A DNA stretch of 63,875 bases, filler included, from Octopus bimaculoides (taxonomy: Eukaryota), in assembly GCF_001194135.2 (NCBI RefSeq). It is 8 parts of 8 records of this genome, joined end to end, with 100 filler letters (N's around TTAATTAATTAA, not from the genome) between each part and the next. Parts side by side here need not be neighbours in the genome. Positions count along the whole stretch, not along the records: positions 37,253 to 54,481 come from NC_068983.1; positions 54,582 to 60,462 come from NC_068996.1; positions 60,563 to 62,574 come from NC_068988.1; positions 62,675 to 63,875 come from NC_068982.1; 4 more parts are not named here. The stretch is one strand, 5' to 3'. This document shows positions 51,850 through 62,689 of the stretch, piece after piece. The position numbers were made by a program, and so were the translations under genes. Within the stretch, counting starts at the first letter, position 1. Every line of letters begins with the position of its first letter. The notes under the pieces are model-generated. The model saw only the letters and a program-made list of their open reading frames with translations, made no database searches and was not told the origin of the DNA.

Positions 51850-52060
51850 TTAGAAAACCATACAGAACAGGTATCTGGTGGAGCTATCAGAGGTTTCTTG
51901 CATAGAACTCATTCAGACTGTATGTTCAGAAGTATTAAACAAATATACTTCGAAAATATGTAAGAGTACTTCTGCTTCTTTGATGAAGAAAAAATATTTC
52001 GATAATACTTGTTACATATTCTTCAGTATCTCAATATACATGTTCTTGTTGGAAAACTAG
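51850..52060 (+). mobile_element. Penelope-like RT thumb remnant
   Basis: GAIRGFLHRTHSDC (51880-51921) resembles the PLE thumb motif (V/I)xxxxHRA..IC. Confidence 0.45.
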
Positions 52061-52189
52061 GAAGAATAAATATGCTGTATAAGATCGAGGAAGCTACATG
52101 CAAAAAAAAAATAAAAGAAACAAAAGTAGCCATTTTCTTCTGGTAATGAAAAACATTAATTCAGACAAATAGTACCAATGTGAAAATAA

Positions 52190-52360
52190 CCAGAAGCTCT
52201 GAACTCTCTAAAATTTGAAGAAACTTCATTTTCTTTACACGGTAGATAACAATAACAGAGCAAAAACGTTTATAACCAAGACTTATAATATATAAATACA
52301 AGATCGGAAATATTCGTAAAATAACAGCACTTCGGAAAACATACTCTAGGAAACTTGGGA
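52190..52360 (+). mobile_element. Penelope-like GIY-YIG C-terminal remnant
   Basis: SELSKI*, NRAKTF, INTRSEIFVK*QHFGKHTLGNL (52292-52357) vs the pattern LNKRSE..SKCRH.NK..L.NL. Confidence 0.55.
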
Positions 52361-52829
52361 TTGTTAATATCTTCTCGAACAAAGCCGTAGTATGGCCATC
52401 TGAAATTGATTCATTGTATATTTTTTTCATTTCACCTTTGACATCATTCGGTCGTCTGTCATGCCACTACTTTATTTCTTCAACCAAATCTCCTCACCTT
52501 CCTCCACGGCTCTTATATTCTATTTTCTATTGATGTTGCATCAATCTAATTCCACAATTGTGTTGCGACAATTTTCCAAAAAAATAGTTCTTTCATCACA
52601 ACATTTCCGACATTACCGACTGACCTAATAATGTGGAAATAAATTACATATACTAAGATTTTTTTCTTAACGGATTTCATTTTAAATATATTGCTCTTTT
52701 ACAACATAAGACGGAGGCGTGACGGCGAGCTAAGAAGCTTGCTTCTCAATCACATGGTTCCTGAGCCCGAAAACCCTAACCGCTAAACCACACGAATTCA
52801 CAGAATCAAATATATATGAATATGCAATG

Positions 52830-53149
52830 CAGTAATCCCTCGCTATATCGCGTTTCAGCTATCGCGGTTCTTCTATTGTGGTTCATCTATCGCAGTTTAT
52901 TATTTAAGCTTACGTTGATTCCTCTGTGATCTTGTTTTGCATTTATAATAAAATATAGATGTTTTCGATCTGGTTTGGATTCTTTGCCATTAAATTTGAT
53001 GGCAAAGAATCCAAACTAGATCGAAAACATCTATAAATATATACAAATTATAAATTACTAAAAAAAAATATATATTCAATACAGTACAGATTTTAACGTA
53101 TCGCGGGGGATTTCGGAACGTAACACTCGTGAGAGTCGAGGGATTACTG
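52830..53149. mobile_element. Tigger/pogo-type MITE carrying a nested palindrome
   Basis: CAGTAATCCCTCG / cgagggattactg-TA TIRs; colinear with 17171-17419 except for the insert. Confidence 0.85.
52954..53035. repeat. 82-bp loopless palindrome (41-bp arms, 2 mismatches)
   Basis: tatagatgttttcgatctggtttggattctttgccattaaa | tttgatggcaaagaatccaaactagatcgaaaacatctata. Confidence 0.95.
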
Positions 53150-53673
53150 TACAATGATTTACATTTCTGCTGGTGTATGATGTTTCCCTGTTTAAATACG
53201 TATATCTTTATATATCCTTCATGGTTGCGTTATTTTATTCATATCAGCGTATCAATGTTTATTTGTCTGCTCGTTTATTTATTTACAAGCATGGGTATAT
53301 AACAAATACTGGCTGTTAAGATTGATTCAGAATTCATTATACATACACAATGCTTTAATTTTTGTTTTCGTAATCACGGATAACAGGCATTTATGACACA
53401 TCACGTTCTGTCTTACCGTAATAATATTTTCGTAAATACGGAATACACAATTTCAAAAGTATCTCCTTAGTATATTTTCTTCAGCGTGATTCATCATAAT
53501 CTAGAAACTTCTAGTTACAAAATAATGTTCTCAATTTCAAATTCCATATATATATATATATATATATATACCGGAGTAAGCACATGCAATGTGCAACAAG
53601 GTGGAAAAAAGAGTACTCAAATACCAGAGGTAGAGTAATATGCTTTATTTAAAAGCAGCAGAAATATAACAAA

Positions 53674-53719
53674 AAAACCGTTACTCTGAGTTTCACGTTC
53701 CCGTTCATCGGACAGTTTT
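53674..53719 (-). ncRNA. Type I hammerhead ribozyme motif, mirror copy on the minus strand
   Basis: Exact reverse complement of 53735-53780. Confidence 0.83.
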
Positions 53720-53734
53720 GTTAGAAAATCTAAC

Positions 53735-53780
53735 AAAACTGTCCGATGAACGGGAACGTGAAACTCAGAGTAACGGTTTT
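53735..53780 (+). ncRNA. Type I hammerhead ribozyme motif (U4C core variant)
   Basis: Stem I AAAACTGT/ACGGTTTT (8 bp, one G-U); core CCGATGA (53743-49); stem II ACG-GGAA-CGT (GNRA loop); GAAA (53760-63); quasi-palindromic CTCAGAG; GTA triplet, cut after 53772. Confidence 0.85.
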
Positions 53781-53854
53781 TTTGTTNNNNNNNNNNNNNN
53801 NNNNNNNNNNNNNNNNTATACATGCATATATACGTACATATATTCTTTTCTACT

Positions 53855-54306
53855 CTAGACACAAGGCACGAAATTTTTTTTTGAGGGGAGGGGCAGTCGA
53901 TTAAATCGACCCAACTACGCAACTGGTACTTAATTTATCAACCCCCTCCAAAGAATTAAAGACAAAGTCGACCGCAGTGGAATTTGAACTCAGAACGTAA
54001 GGGCAGACGAAGTGCCGCTAAGTATTTCCCCCGGCGTGGTAACGATTCTGCCAGCTCACTACCTTAAAAATATCCCTACAACCTTCTAAATATTCTTTTC
54101 TACGATAGCCACAAGGCCCGGAATTTGTGGGGAGGGAGCCAGTCGATTAGATCGACCCAGTATGCAACTGGTACTTAATTTATCGACCCCGAAAGGATGA
54201 AAAGAAAAATCAACCTCGGCGGAATTTGAACTCAGAATGTAAAGACAGACGAAATACCGCTAAGCATTTCGCTCAGCATGGTAACGTTCGCGCCAACTCG
54301 CCGCCG
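53855..54306 (-). mobile_element. Two tandem SINE family A copies (53855-54063; 54110-54306)
   Basis: Both match the family A consensus in the same orientation. Confidence 0.9.
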
Positions 54307-54581
54307 TAAATGAAAGCAGATGTTACATGTTATTGAATATTTCATATCGGAAATCCGAAATAGGTGTGGCTGCAATAAATTCCGCAATCGGTCAGTGGAT
54401 GCAAATCATATGTCTGAAAGCTACCAGACCGAATATAGGATGACCAGATATTGAATGATCGATAAATCCCAACACTGAGAANNNNNNNNNNNNNNNNNNN
54501 NNNNNNNNNNNNNNNNNNNNNNNNNTTAATTAATTAANNNNNNNNNNNNNNNNNNNNNNNNNNNNNNNNNNNNNNNNNNNN

Positions 54582-54629
<48 letters not shown>

Positions 54630-54633
54630 CATA

Positions 54634-55473
54634 CAGAGTGCAATGGGTAAATAGTTGCCGTTTTATATTCTTAATTTCGCACATGCGCATTGTTTGTTTT
54701 CGACTTTGTCTGCTACACAGTGTAGTAGGGTCCGTTGGGCACTCTCTGTGGGAAAGACAACACCATGACACAATTCATTCTGTCATAAATTTGGAAACGA
54801 CATGCTGCACTACTTGGTATTCGCACCGGAAGGCCCAATACGAATATTTGAGAGTGTTTGGGTGTTAATCTGAAATCCGAGGACAGTGCAATATGAGGAC
54901 ATGTACCGTGAGTGATAAAATTCAAACATCCAGTGAACATCATGGTGTTTTGTGTGATCACTAGTGATGGCGACATTATGCCTCCATTCATTCTCCGACA
55001 TGGCCTCGGACTCAATACGGCGGCTTACATCAATGCCTGGATGAGGTAGTGCTGCCTTGGGTCAAGAGGGTGGCTGCCACACAAGCACGAGCACCCAGTC
55101 ATGGCTGCCAGACAATTTCTACGTCCATATCATCGCTAACATCCGGCCACCTAATTCCCCAGTCTGCAACCCTCTTTATTATTATATGTAAGGCGCAGTT
55201 GAGTAAGAGACCAATAAAAAAACCTTGTAACACCAAAGATTATGGCAGCATTCACAAACTTAAACAGGGAGACCATCGAGAAGATGTGCAGGAGATTCCG
55301 AAGTCGTTTGGCGGCGGTGATTGAAGCCAATGGTGGTTTTATTGAACAATATTACTCTTTAGTATTTCCACATATTTTTATACAGTTTTGGTAAATATAT
55401 CTCTTACCATGAGATGTCAGTGTTATTTTCATTTTTGCGTAATTAAGACGATAGTTTAATTCACCGCACCCTG
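54634..55473 (+). mobile_element. Tc1/mariner transposon, maT (DD37D)-like, internally deleted
   Basis: TA-cagagtgc... / ...gcaccctg-TA ends; remnants KFKHPVNIMVFCVITSDGDIMPPFI, VLPWVKRVAA, PPNSPVCNPL, RRFRSRLAAVIEANGGFIE. DD37D assignment is from family resemblance; the spacing cannot be counted in this deleted copy. Confidence 0.82.
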
Positions 55474-55485
55474 TACACACACACA

Positions 55486-55565
<80 letters not shown>

Positions 55566-56245
55566 CATACATATATACATACATAGATACATAGATACAC
55601 ACACACACACACAATACGAGTGCATGTGGTCATGTATAAGTGTTTGGCCCCGAAATGTGTGTGGCACAGACTATGTCGTTCGTAAACAACAACAAAATCA
55701 TATATACTTCGAGAAATTCACCAATCACAGCTCAGACCATCGTTTTCTCATTAGGTAAAAATTATCAAATTTTAAACCCCCCGTTAAATTTTTCTAAACT
55801 TCTGGAATAAACGAATCCCAAACTCGGATTCAGTGCGAAAAAGTACATCAATATACCAAATTTGAGAAATTTCACTTCATTTTAAAATTTCAGACTCTGT
55901 GTTACAGCAACAGAAAAGCTTTCCCTATTCATCTCTACCACTTTTCGCTTCACTCATGGTAAATTTTTCTCCGTATATATATATTCATCACACTTTCTAT
56001 TTCTGTCTATAAAGGTTTGTCGCTCACGCTGAGGGTAGGTGTGTGCGTGCGTGCGCGTGTGTGTGTATGCGTGTATGCAGGTGTGTAAGGAATTTCATTA
56101 GGGCGACAGAGTGATTTATATATTAAAAAAAAAACGGTTTATAAAAAGTGATTTATTTTAAAAGCACACTTTTCTGTTAGTAAATGTCTTTTATTACACA
56201 CACACACACGGACTCGGCTAATACAGAGTGGAGGTTAAAAATTTT

Positions 56246-56277
<32 letters not shown>

Positions 56278-57029
56278 NNNNNNNNNNNNNNNNNNNNNNN
56301 NNNNNNNNNNNNNNNNNNNNNNNNNNNNNNNNNNNNNNNNNNNNNNNNNNNNNNNNNNNNNNNNNNNNNNNNNNNNNNNNNNNNNNNNNNNNNNNNNNNN
56401 NNNNNNNNNNNNNNNNNNNNNNNNNNNNNNNNNNNNNNNNNNNNNNNNNNNNNNNNNNNNNNNNNNNNNNNNNNNNNNNNNNNNNNNNNNNNNNNNNNNN
56501 NNNNNNNNNNNNNNNNNNNNNNNNNNNNNNNNNNNNNNNNNNNNNNNNNNNNNNNNNNNNNNNNNNNNNNNNNNNNNNNNNNNNNNNNNNNNNNNNNNNN
56601 NNNNNNNNNNNNNNNNNNNNNNNNNNNNNNNNNNNNNNNNNNNNNNNNNNNNNNNNNNNNNNNNNNNNNNNNNNNNNNNNNNNNNNNNNNNNNNNNNNNN
56701 NNNNNNNNNNNNNNNNNNNNNNNNNNNNNNNNNNNNNNNNNNNNNNNNNNNNNNNNNNNNNNNNNNNNNNNNNNNNNNNCTGCGTTTCATTTTCTGTTTG
56801 AAAACAAAGGAAATGGAGATTTATTTATTTTTAACTTTCAAGGCTTTTCACATCGTTTTTAAATGCGTAGTGAGAAATAAATAAATGAATGAAAATAAAA
56901 AATAAAAAAACTTGACCGAAATCTACACTGTTTGTGGAAGTGGGGTTTCAAAATTCATAAATTTTCCTTTTTGTTTTTTTTTTCCATTTCTAAGGCAGAG
57001 GCGTCTCCCATTCTTTTTGAGTGTATAGT

Positions 57030-57077
57030 GGGGGCGGGGGCATCGGTCCGGAAGTGGGGGAAGGAGGGTTATATAAA
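57030..57077 (+). promoter_or_regulatory. Promoter-like cluster: GC box, ETS site, TATA
   Basis: GGGGGCGGGGG (57030-40), CCGGAAGT (57048-55), TATATAAA (57070-77) in canonical order; no downstream gene identified. Confidence 0.25.
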
Positions 57078-57494
57078 TTTTCAATATTTTGTCTTCTTAA
57101 AAAAATCCTCCTCTATCATTTGCAAAGGTGTGGTTAAAGAAAAGTCATTTGCAAAAGTGTGGTGAAAGAAAACAAAAATTTGAAACATCCTCGTCAAAAC
57201 CCATTCATGTGGGTGTGTTATTCTAAAAATACCACTAATGCATTCTATTCTATTATGAAGATTACCCAGCAACAACGGGATGCTAAGTTAGTGCGCGCGC
57301 GTGTGTGCAGATATATTTATATATGTACGTCCGTAAGCATATGTATATATACACACGCATGTGTGTGTGTTAGTTCATTTATGCATATACACTTGAAAAG
57401 ACGTGTGGCATATATATATTCATATATACGCATAACTACGTATAAATTTATAAAATGCACACATATTTATATATCCAAATGTAGAATATATATT

Positions 57495-57840
57495 GTGGCG
57501 TGGCTGTGTCGTCAGTAGTTTGCAACCCAACCACACGGTTCCGGGTTCAGTCCCACTGCGTGGCACGTTGGGCAAGTATTTTCTACTATATACATCAGCT
57601 CGCCAAAGCCTCATGAGTGGATAATAGAAAATACAAGTGTGTGTGCAAGCGCGCGTGTTAGTAATTTTGTGCGTGTCCCGCTATCGCTTGACAACCGGTG
57701 TTAGTGTGCTTACGTCCCTGTAATTTAGCGGTGTTCGTCAACAGAGCAGTTCCGGGGTCAATTCATTCGACGAAAAATTTAAGACGGTACCCCAGCTTGG
57801 CCGCAGTCCAGTGAGTGAAACAGGTAAAAGTTAAAAGGCA
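57495..57840 (+). mobile_element. SINE family B, diverged full-length
   Basis: gtggcgtggctgtgtc...ccgggttcagtcccactgcgtggcacgttgggcaagt...gaaacaggtaaaag. Confidence 0.85.
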
Positions 57841-57846
57841 AAAGAC

Positions 57847-57881
<35 letters not shown>

Positions 57882-58570
57882 CGTTTATGTATGCGTAGTG
57901 CATACATCCGTATGTACGTATGGACTTATCTTCGACGCTGATCGCGAGGATTCAGCGAGTAAATGGATGCCTAAATGGTTGAGTATTCCACAGACAAGTG
58001 TACTCTTAAAGGACCTCTCAGTGACAATCGGTGACAGTACGTCTGCCCCTAGTTATATTTGAAATACGGGTACGTATTCGGTCTACCTAATTTCATTCTG
58101 AAGATAGGAGTTGATCCGGGGTTGTGACAACGCGCAACACTCACTCAAAATCCGACACAGTGGAGCCGAACATACCAATTCATGCTCATACAATTAGTCT
58201 ACACATAGCACTTGATGGGTACACACGCATGTGTGTGTGTGAATGATGGGTACACACGCATATGTGTGTGTGTGAATGCATATATCATAGATAACTTTCT
58301 TTCTTTCTTTCCTTATTATTTATTTATTTATTATTTAGATACATACATTATATATATATTGGTATGTATACACACATACATATATCCCATGTATATATTT
58401 ATCTTCTTTATATATACCTGTATCACGTATATATATGTATTATGAATATAGTATAAATACATTATATATAACACACACACAATCACACACATGCAATTAT
58501 ATGTAATATAATAAATGTATTATATATGTATATATATAATAAAGAAAATATATTCTTTTATTGTTGTTAA

Positions 58571-58944
58571 TCTTTTACTTGTTTCAGTCATTAGACTGCG
58601 GCCATGCTGGAGCACCACCTTTAGTCGAACAAATCGACCCCAGGTCTTATCCCTTGTCAGCCGAGTACTTATTCTATCGGTTTCCTTTTGCCGAAACGCT
58701 AGTCTACGAAGACGTAAATACACCAACATCGATTGTCAAGTGACGGTGGCGGGGACAACAAAGACACACAAACATATATATAAATATATATAAACGATGG
58801 ACTTCTTTCAATTTCCGTCTACCAAACCCACTCACAAGGCTTTTGTCGGCCCGAGGCTAAGACACCTGTCCAACGTGCCACGCAGTGGGACTGACCCTAG
58901 AATCATGTGGTTGGGAAGCAAGCTTCTTACCACACAGCCACGCC
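58571..58944 (-). mobile_element. SINE family B, full-length
   Basis: Reverse complement of the 9968-10385 unit. Confidence 0.9.
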
Positions 58945-59112
58945 AATATTAAATACGTTTTATATACTATATTACAATATTACACGGATACATAAATTAA
59001 TCTTTGTTTTCATGTTTAGTTATAATAAAAAAACAATATTACATAAATAAATCTGATGGGTTCTCTCTCCTTAAGTAGAATACAAATTTATTTTTAAACA
59101 AAACATTCTGTT

Positions 59113-59157
59113 GATAGTGACTTCGAAGTTTCAGCGGTAAACTATCGTCAGACTGCC
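59113..59157 (-). ncRNA. Type I hammerhead motif, canonical core, weak stems
   Basis: Minus strand: agt CTGACGA t-agt-ttacc-gct GAAA CTTCGAAG(palindrome) TC act; GTC triplet. Confidence 0.55.
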
Positions 59158-59444
59158 GAAGATAGCTTAGCTGGCCGAAACTTTGAAATTACCGTCAGTA
59201 ATATTTTTGTTTCAGAATATATATGTTTAAATATATATAATATATACATACTACATATGCATTGTGTGTGTGTGTTTATGTTTGTGTGTGTGTGTGTGTG
59301 CATGCGCGCGCACGCAGGCGACGTGCTGGCAGAATTGCGAGCACAACGGGCGAAATGCTTAGAGGTATTGAATTCTGATTTAAAATTCCGCCGAGGTCGG
59401 CCCTCTCCCCCAAAATTTCAGGCCTTGTGCCTATAGTAGAAAGA

Positions 59445-59480
<36 letters not shown>

Positions 59481-59583
59481 CTATATAATATAAATAATGT
59501 TGCATATCATATTTTATAAACACATAATATATCGATATGTATATCTATAATTACATAAATATATATTGTATGTATATAAACAA

Positions 59584-59620
<37 letters not shown>

Positions 59621-59723
59621 TTGCCTTTCCTTCTTTCAGGGTCTATAAGTACCTATCGAGTACGGACTGCCTCAATGTTATGGAGTTTCCCCTTTCCCGG
59701 AAACTGCTGCCTTTGTAATCAAA

Positions 59724-59756
<33 letters not shown>

Positions 59757-60418
59757 TATTTATTTATTATTTATTATTTCTATTATTACTATTACCATCA
59801 TCAATGCGACGAAATGGCAGAAACGTTAGCATGCCGTGCAAAATACTTATCGGCACTTCATCCCTCTTTGCGTTTCAAGTTCAAATATGCTCCCCGTTCA
59901 CTTTCCTAATCTTTCATACGAACTGCCTTACCCTGTTGTCTTACTTAAACTACACTCTCCATGTATATACAAAAAATCACGTAACGTAAACCTATATGCG
60001 AAAAGTTACGTAACGTAATCCTAACAAGCTGTCTATAGACTGAGCTAGCATCTTTGAAACATTAACTTAACAGTTATACAGCAGCAGGCGAGTTTCAATG
60101 TAATTTTCATCTATTACACTTCACATGAGAAGAAACACCGTGTCGCACACAAGTGTTATGTTTATGCTAGAAATAGTAGCTAATTATACATAAAATCCCA
60201 CACTATTCCCTTGAAAAATAAACCAAGCACTACTCTGCGGCCATGCTATGACATTGCCTTCAAGAATGTTTTAGTTGAACGTTTCGATGCCAAACTTGGT
60301 ATATACTCAGTCGGCTTCCCTTGCTGAACCGCAAGATTACAGGGACGAAAACACACCAACACCGTTTGTCAAGCGGTGGTTGAGGGACAAATACAGACAC
60401 AAAGAGACACATACATTG

Positions 60419-60462
<44 letters not shown>

Positions 60463-60691
60463 NNNNNNNNNNNNNNNNNNNNNNNNNNNNNNNNNNNNNN
60501 NNNNNNTTAATTAATTAANNNNNNNNNNNNNNNNNNNNNNNNNNNNNNNNNNNNNNNNNNNNATATACAGAGAGAGAGCGAGAGAGATCTATACATATAC
60601 ATCTACACATATACATATATATGTTCATACATATATATATATATATACTTATATACACATGCATATATATATTTATACATATAACGTACAT

Positions 60692-61845
60692 GCAAAAGCT
60701 TTTGACAAAGTTGATCATGGCTTGATATGTCACAAGCTGCGAATCCTTGGCATAGCTGGTAAACTAGGAGAATGGCTGCATGACTTCCTGAATAGTAGAA
60801 GTCAGACAGTTGCAGCCAATGGAAAACTATCTAGGGAAACGCAAATATTGAGCGGAGTTCTACAAGGAACTGTTCTGGGGCCACTACTGTTCATAGTGGA
60901 CCTTCTGGACATGCCCACGGTCACTCGGAGAGCCACTGTCACTAGCTACACCGATGACACAAAACTATCTCAGACAATAAAGAATCATGATGCTATCATA
61001 AGCCTGCAGGATGACCTAAATGCAATATACAAGTGGTCAGAGCAAAATAATATGCAGTTCAATGCAATAAAAAATTCAAGTACTGCGCTACAAGGTGACA
61101 AGTGCCTCCCAAATGGCAACACAGGACCTGGAGGTACTGCAATACGAGTACCACAAACAGTAAAAGACTTGGGCATCAACATGTGTAGTGATGCATCATT
61201 TCACATGCACATTGTCAAGTTGGCAGCAAAGTCCAGACAACTGGCAGGGTGGATACTGAGGACATTCCGAACAAGGGATCAAAAAGTCATGTTGACTCTA
61301 TGGAAGACGTTTGTTCTGAGCCGCCTAGGCTATTGCTCTCAGTTGTGGTCACCACACAGTGTCCAGCGGACAGCAGAACTCGAGGCAATTCAGCGTCACT
61401 ATACAAAAAAAAAAAAATCGCCACAGCCTAACAGATGAACTACAGGGAGCGACTGAAGGCACTTGGTCTCTACTCCCTTGAGCGCAGCCGGGAGATATGT
61501 AATAATATACATACGGAAAACGCTGGAAGGACTGGTACCAAACTTTGGGATCAATTACTACACGAATGCCCGCACAGGTCGCCACTGCATGGTACCAACG
61601 CTACCGTCCACTGCATCTTACATAAGAACATGGTACTGCAACAGCCTCGGTTTCAGAGGACCTCAGCTCTTTAATGTCCTGCCAAAACAGTTGAGAGACC
61701 TGCAAGACATGGATATAGAGTTCTTCAAAACAAAACTCGACCGTTTCCTCTCTACGATACCAGACGAACCAATGGCTCGAAATGAGACACAGTTTAGGGC
61801 AGCGATGTCAAATTCTCTTATATACCAGATGTGCCATCAGATACA
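60692..61845 (+). mobile_element. CR1-clade LINE, 5'-truncated (RT domain + C-terminal region)
   Basis: AKAFDKVDH, GVLQGTVLGPLLF, YTDD (60947-58), KDLGI, YCSQLWSP, ELEAIQR, YRERLKALGLYSLE, RGPQLFNVLP, FKTKLDRFLSTIPDEP; frameshifts near 61404-61490; followed by (GATA)n. Confidence 0.93.
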
Positions 61846-61859
61846 CGCACACATATATT

Positions 61860-61873
61860 GAGATAGATAGATT

Positions 61874-61943
<70 letters not shown>

Positions 61944-61945
61944 GA
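61860..61945. repeat. (GATA)n microsatellite
   Basis: Directly visible. Confidence 0.97.
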
Positions 61946-62689
61946 AAGAGAGACAGTAGGAGAGAACGAAATATTTTGTGTCTAGGGAAGTCAAATGCAG
62001 AATGCAAATCGGAAGTAGATATATATATATATATTCATGTTCGTGTGTGTCTGGAATGTTTAGATGTGCGTGTGGTATGAATGTTTTCGTGTGTGTGTAG
62101 CATGAATGTGTACGAGTGTGTGCGACGATTTATGTATGTGTTATAATACATGTAAACATTTATATAACTCATATAACATAACGGCATATTAGTGTTGTAA
62201 GATGTCAGAAATAAATGTACAGGAAAATGCTAAGTTTAAAAGAATTCGTGAAATAACGTCCGTCTATTGACCTTGTTTACAATTCGAAACCAAGTTGTTT
62301 TTATATCCGTCATGTACAATGCAATCAACATGGGGCCATGCCGAAGTCAAATATATTACCGTAAGAAGTGTATGAAGAATGATTTAACATTTTGAACTAT
62401 AAAAGTCACTGAGTAAATTATGTATGAATAGAAGACACACTTGTACATACATATATACGTACATACATATATGTGTGTATGCATGCATGTATACACACAA
62501 ACATATATATACACATACATGTTTTTTTATACATATTCAAATATATATACCCATATATATATATATATACATATNNNNNNNNNNNNNNNNNNNNNNNNNN
62601 NNNNNNNNNNNNNNNNNNTTAATTAATTAANNNNNNNNNNNNNNNNNNNNNNNNNNNNNNNNNNNNNNNNNNNNTATTATTGCTTTATA

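Larger units (their letters stand above)
53572..53786 (-). mobile_element. Penelope-like pseudo-LTR with inverted partial copy
   Basis: Perfect 58-bp inverted repeat (53668-53725 / 53729-53786) in which each arm holds an HHR; minus-strand part continues to ...gtgcttactccgg then (TA)n. Confidence 0.75.

Noticed and set aside
52375-52415. HHR downstream of the 52.3-kb endonuclease remnant (GCC-gtagtat-GGC...GAAA)
   Set aside because: Core not recognisable; only a short stem remains.
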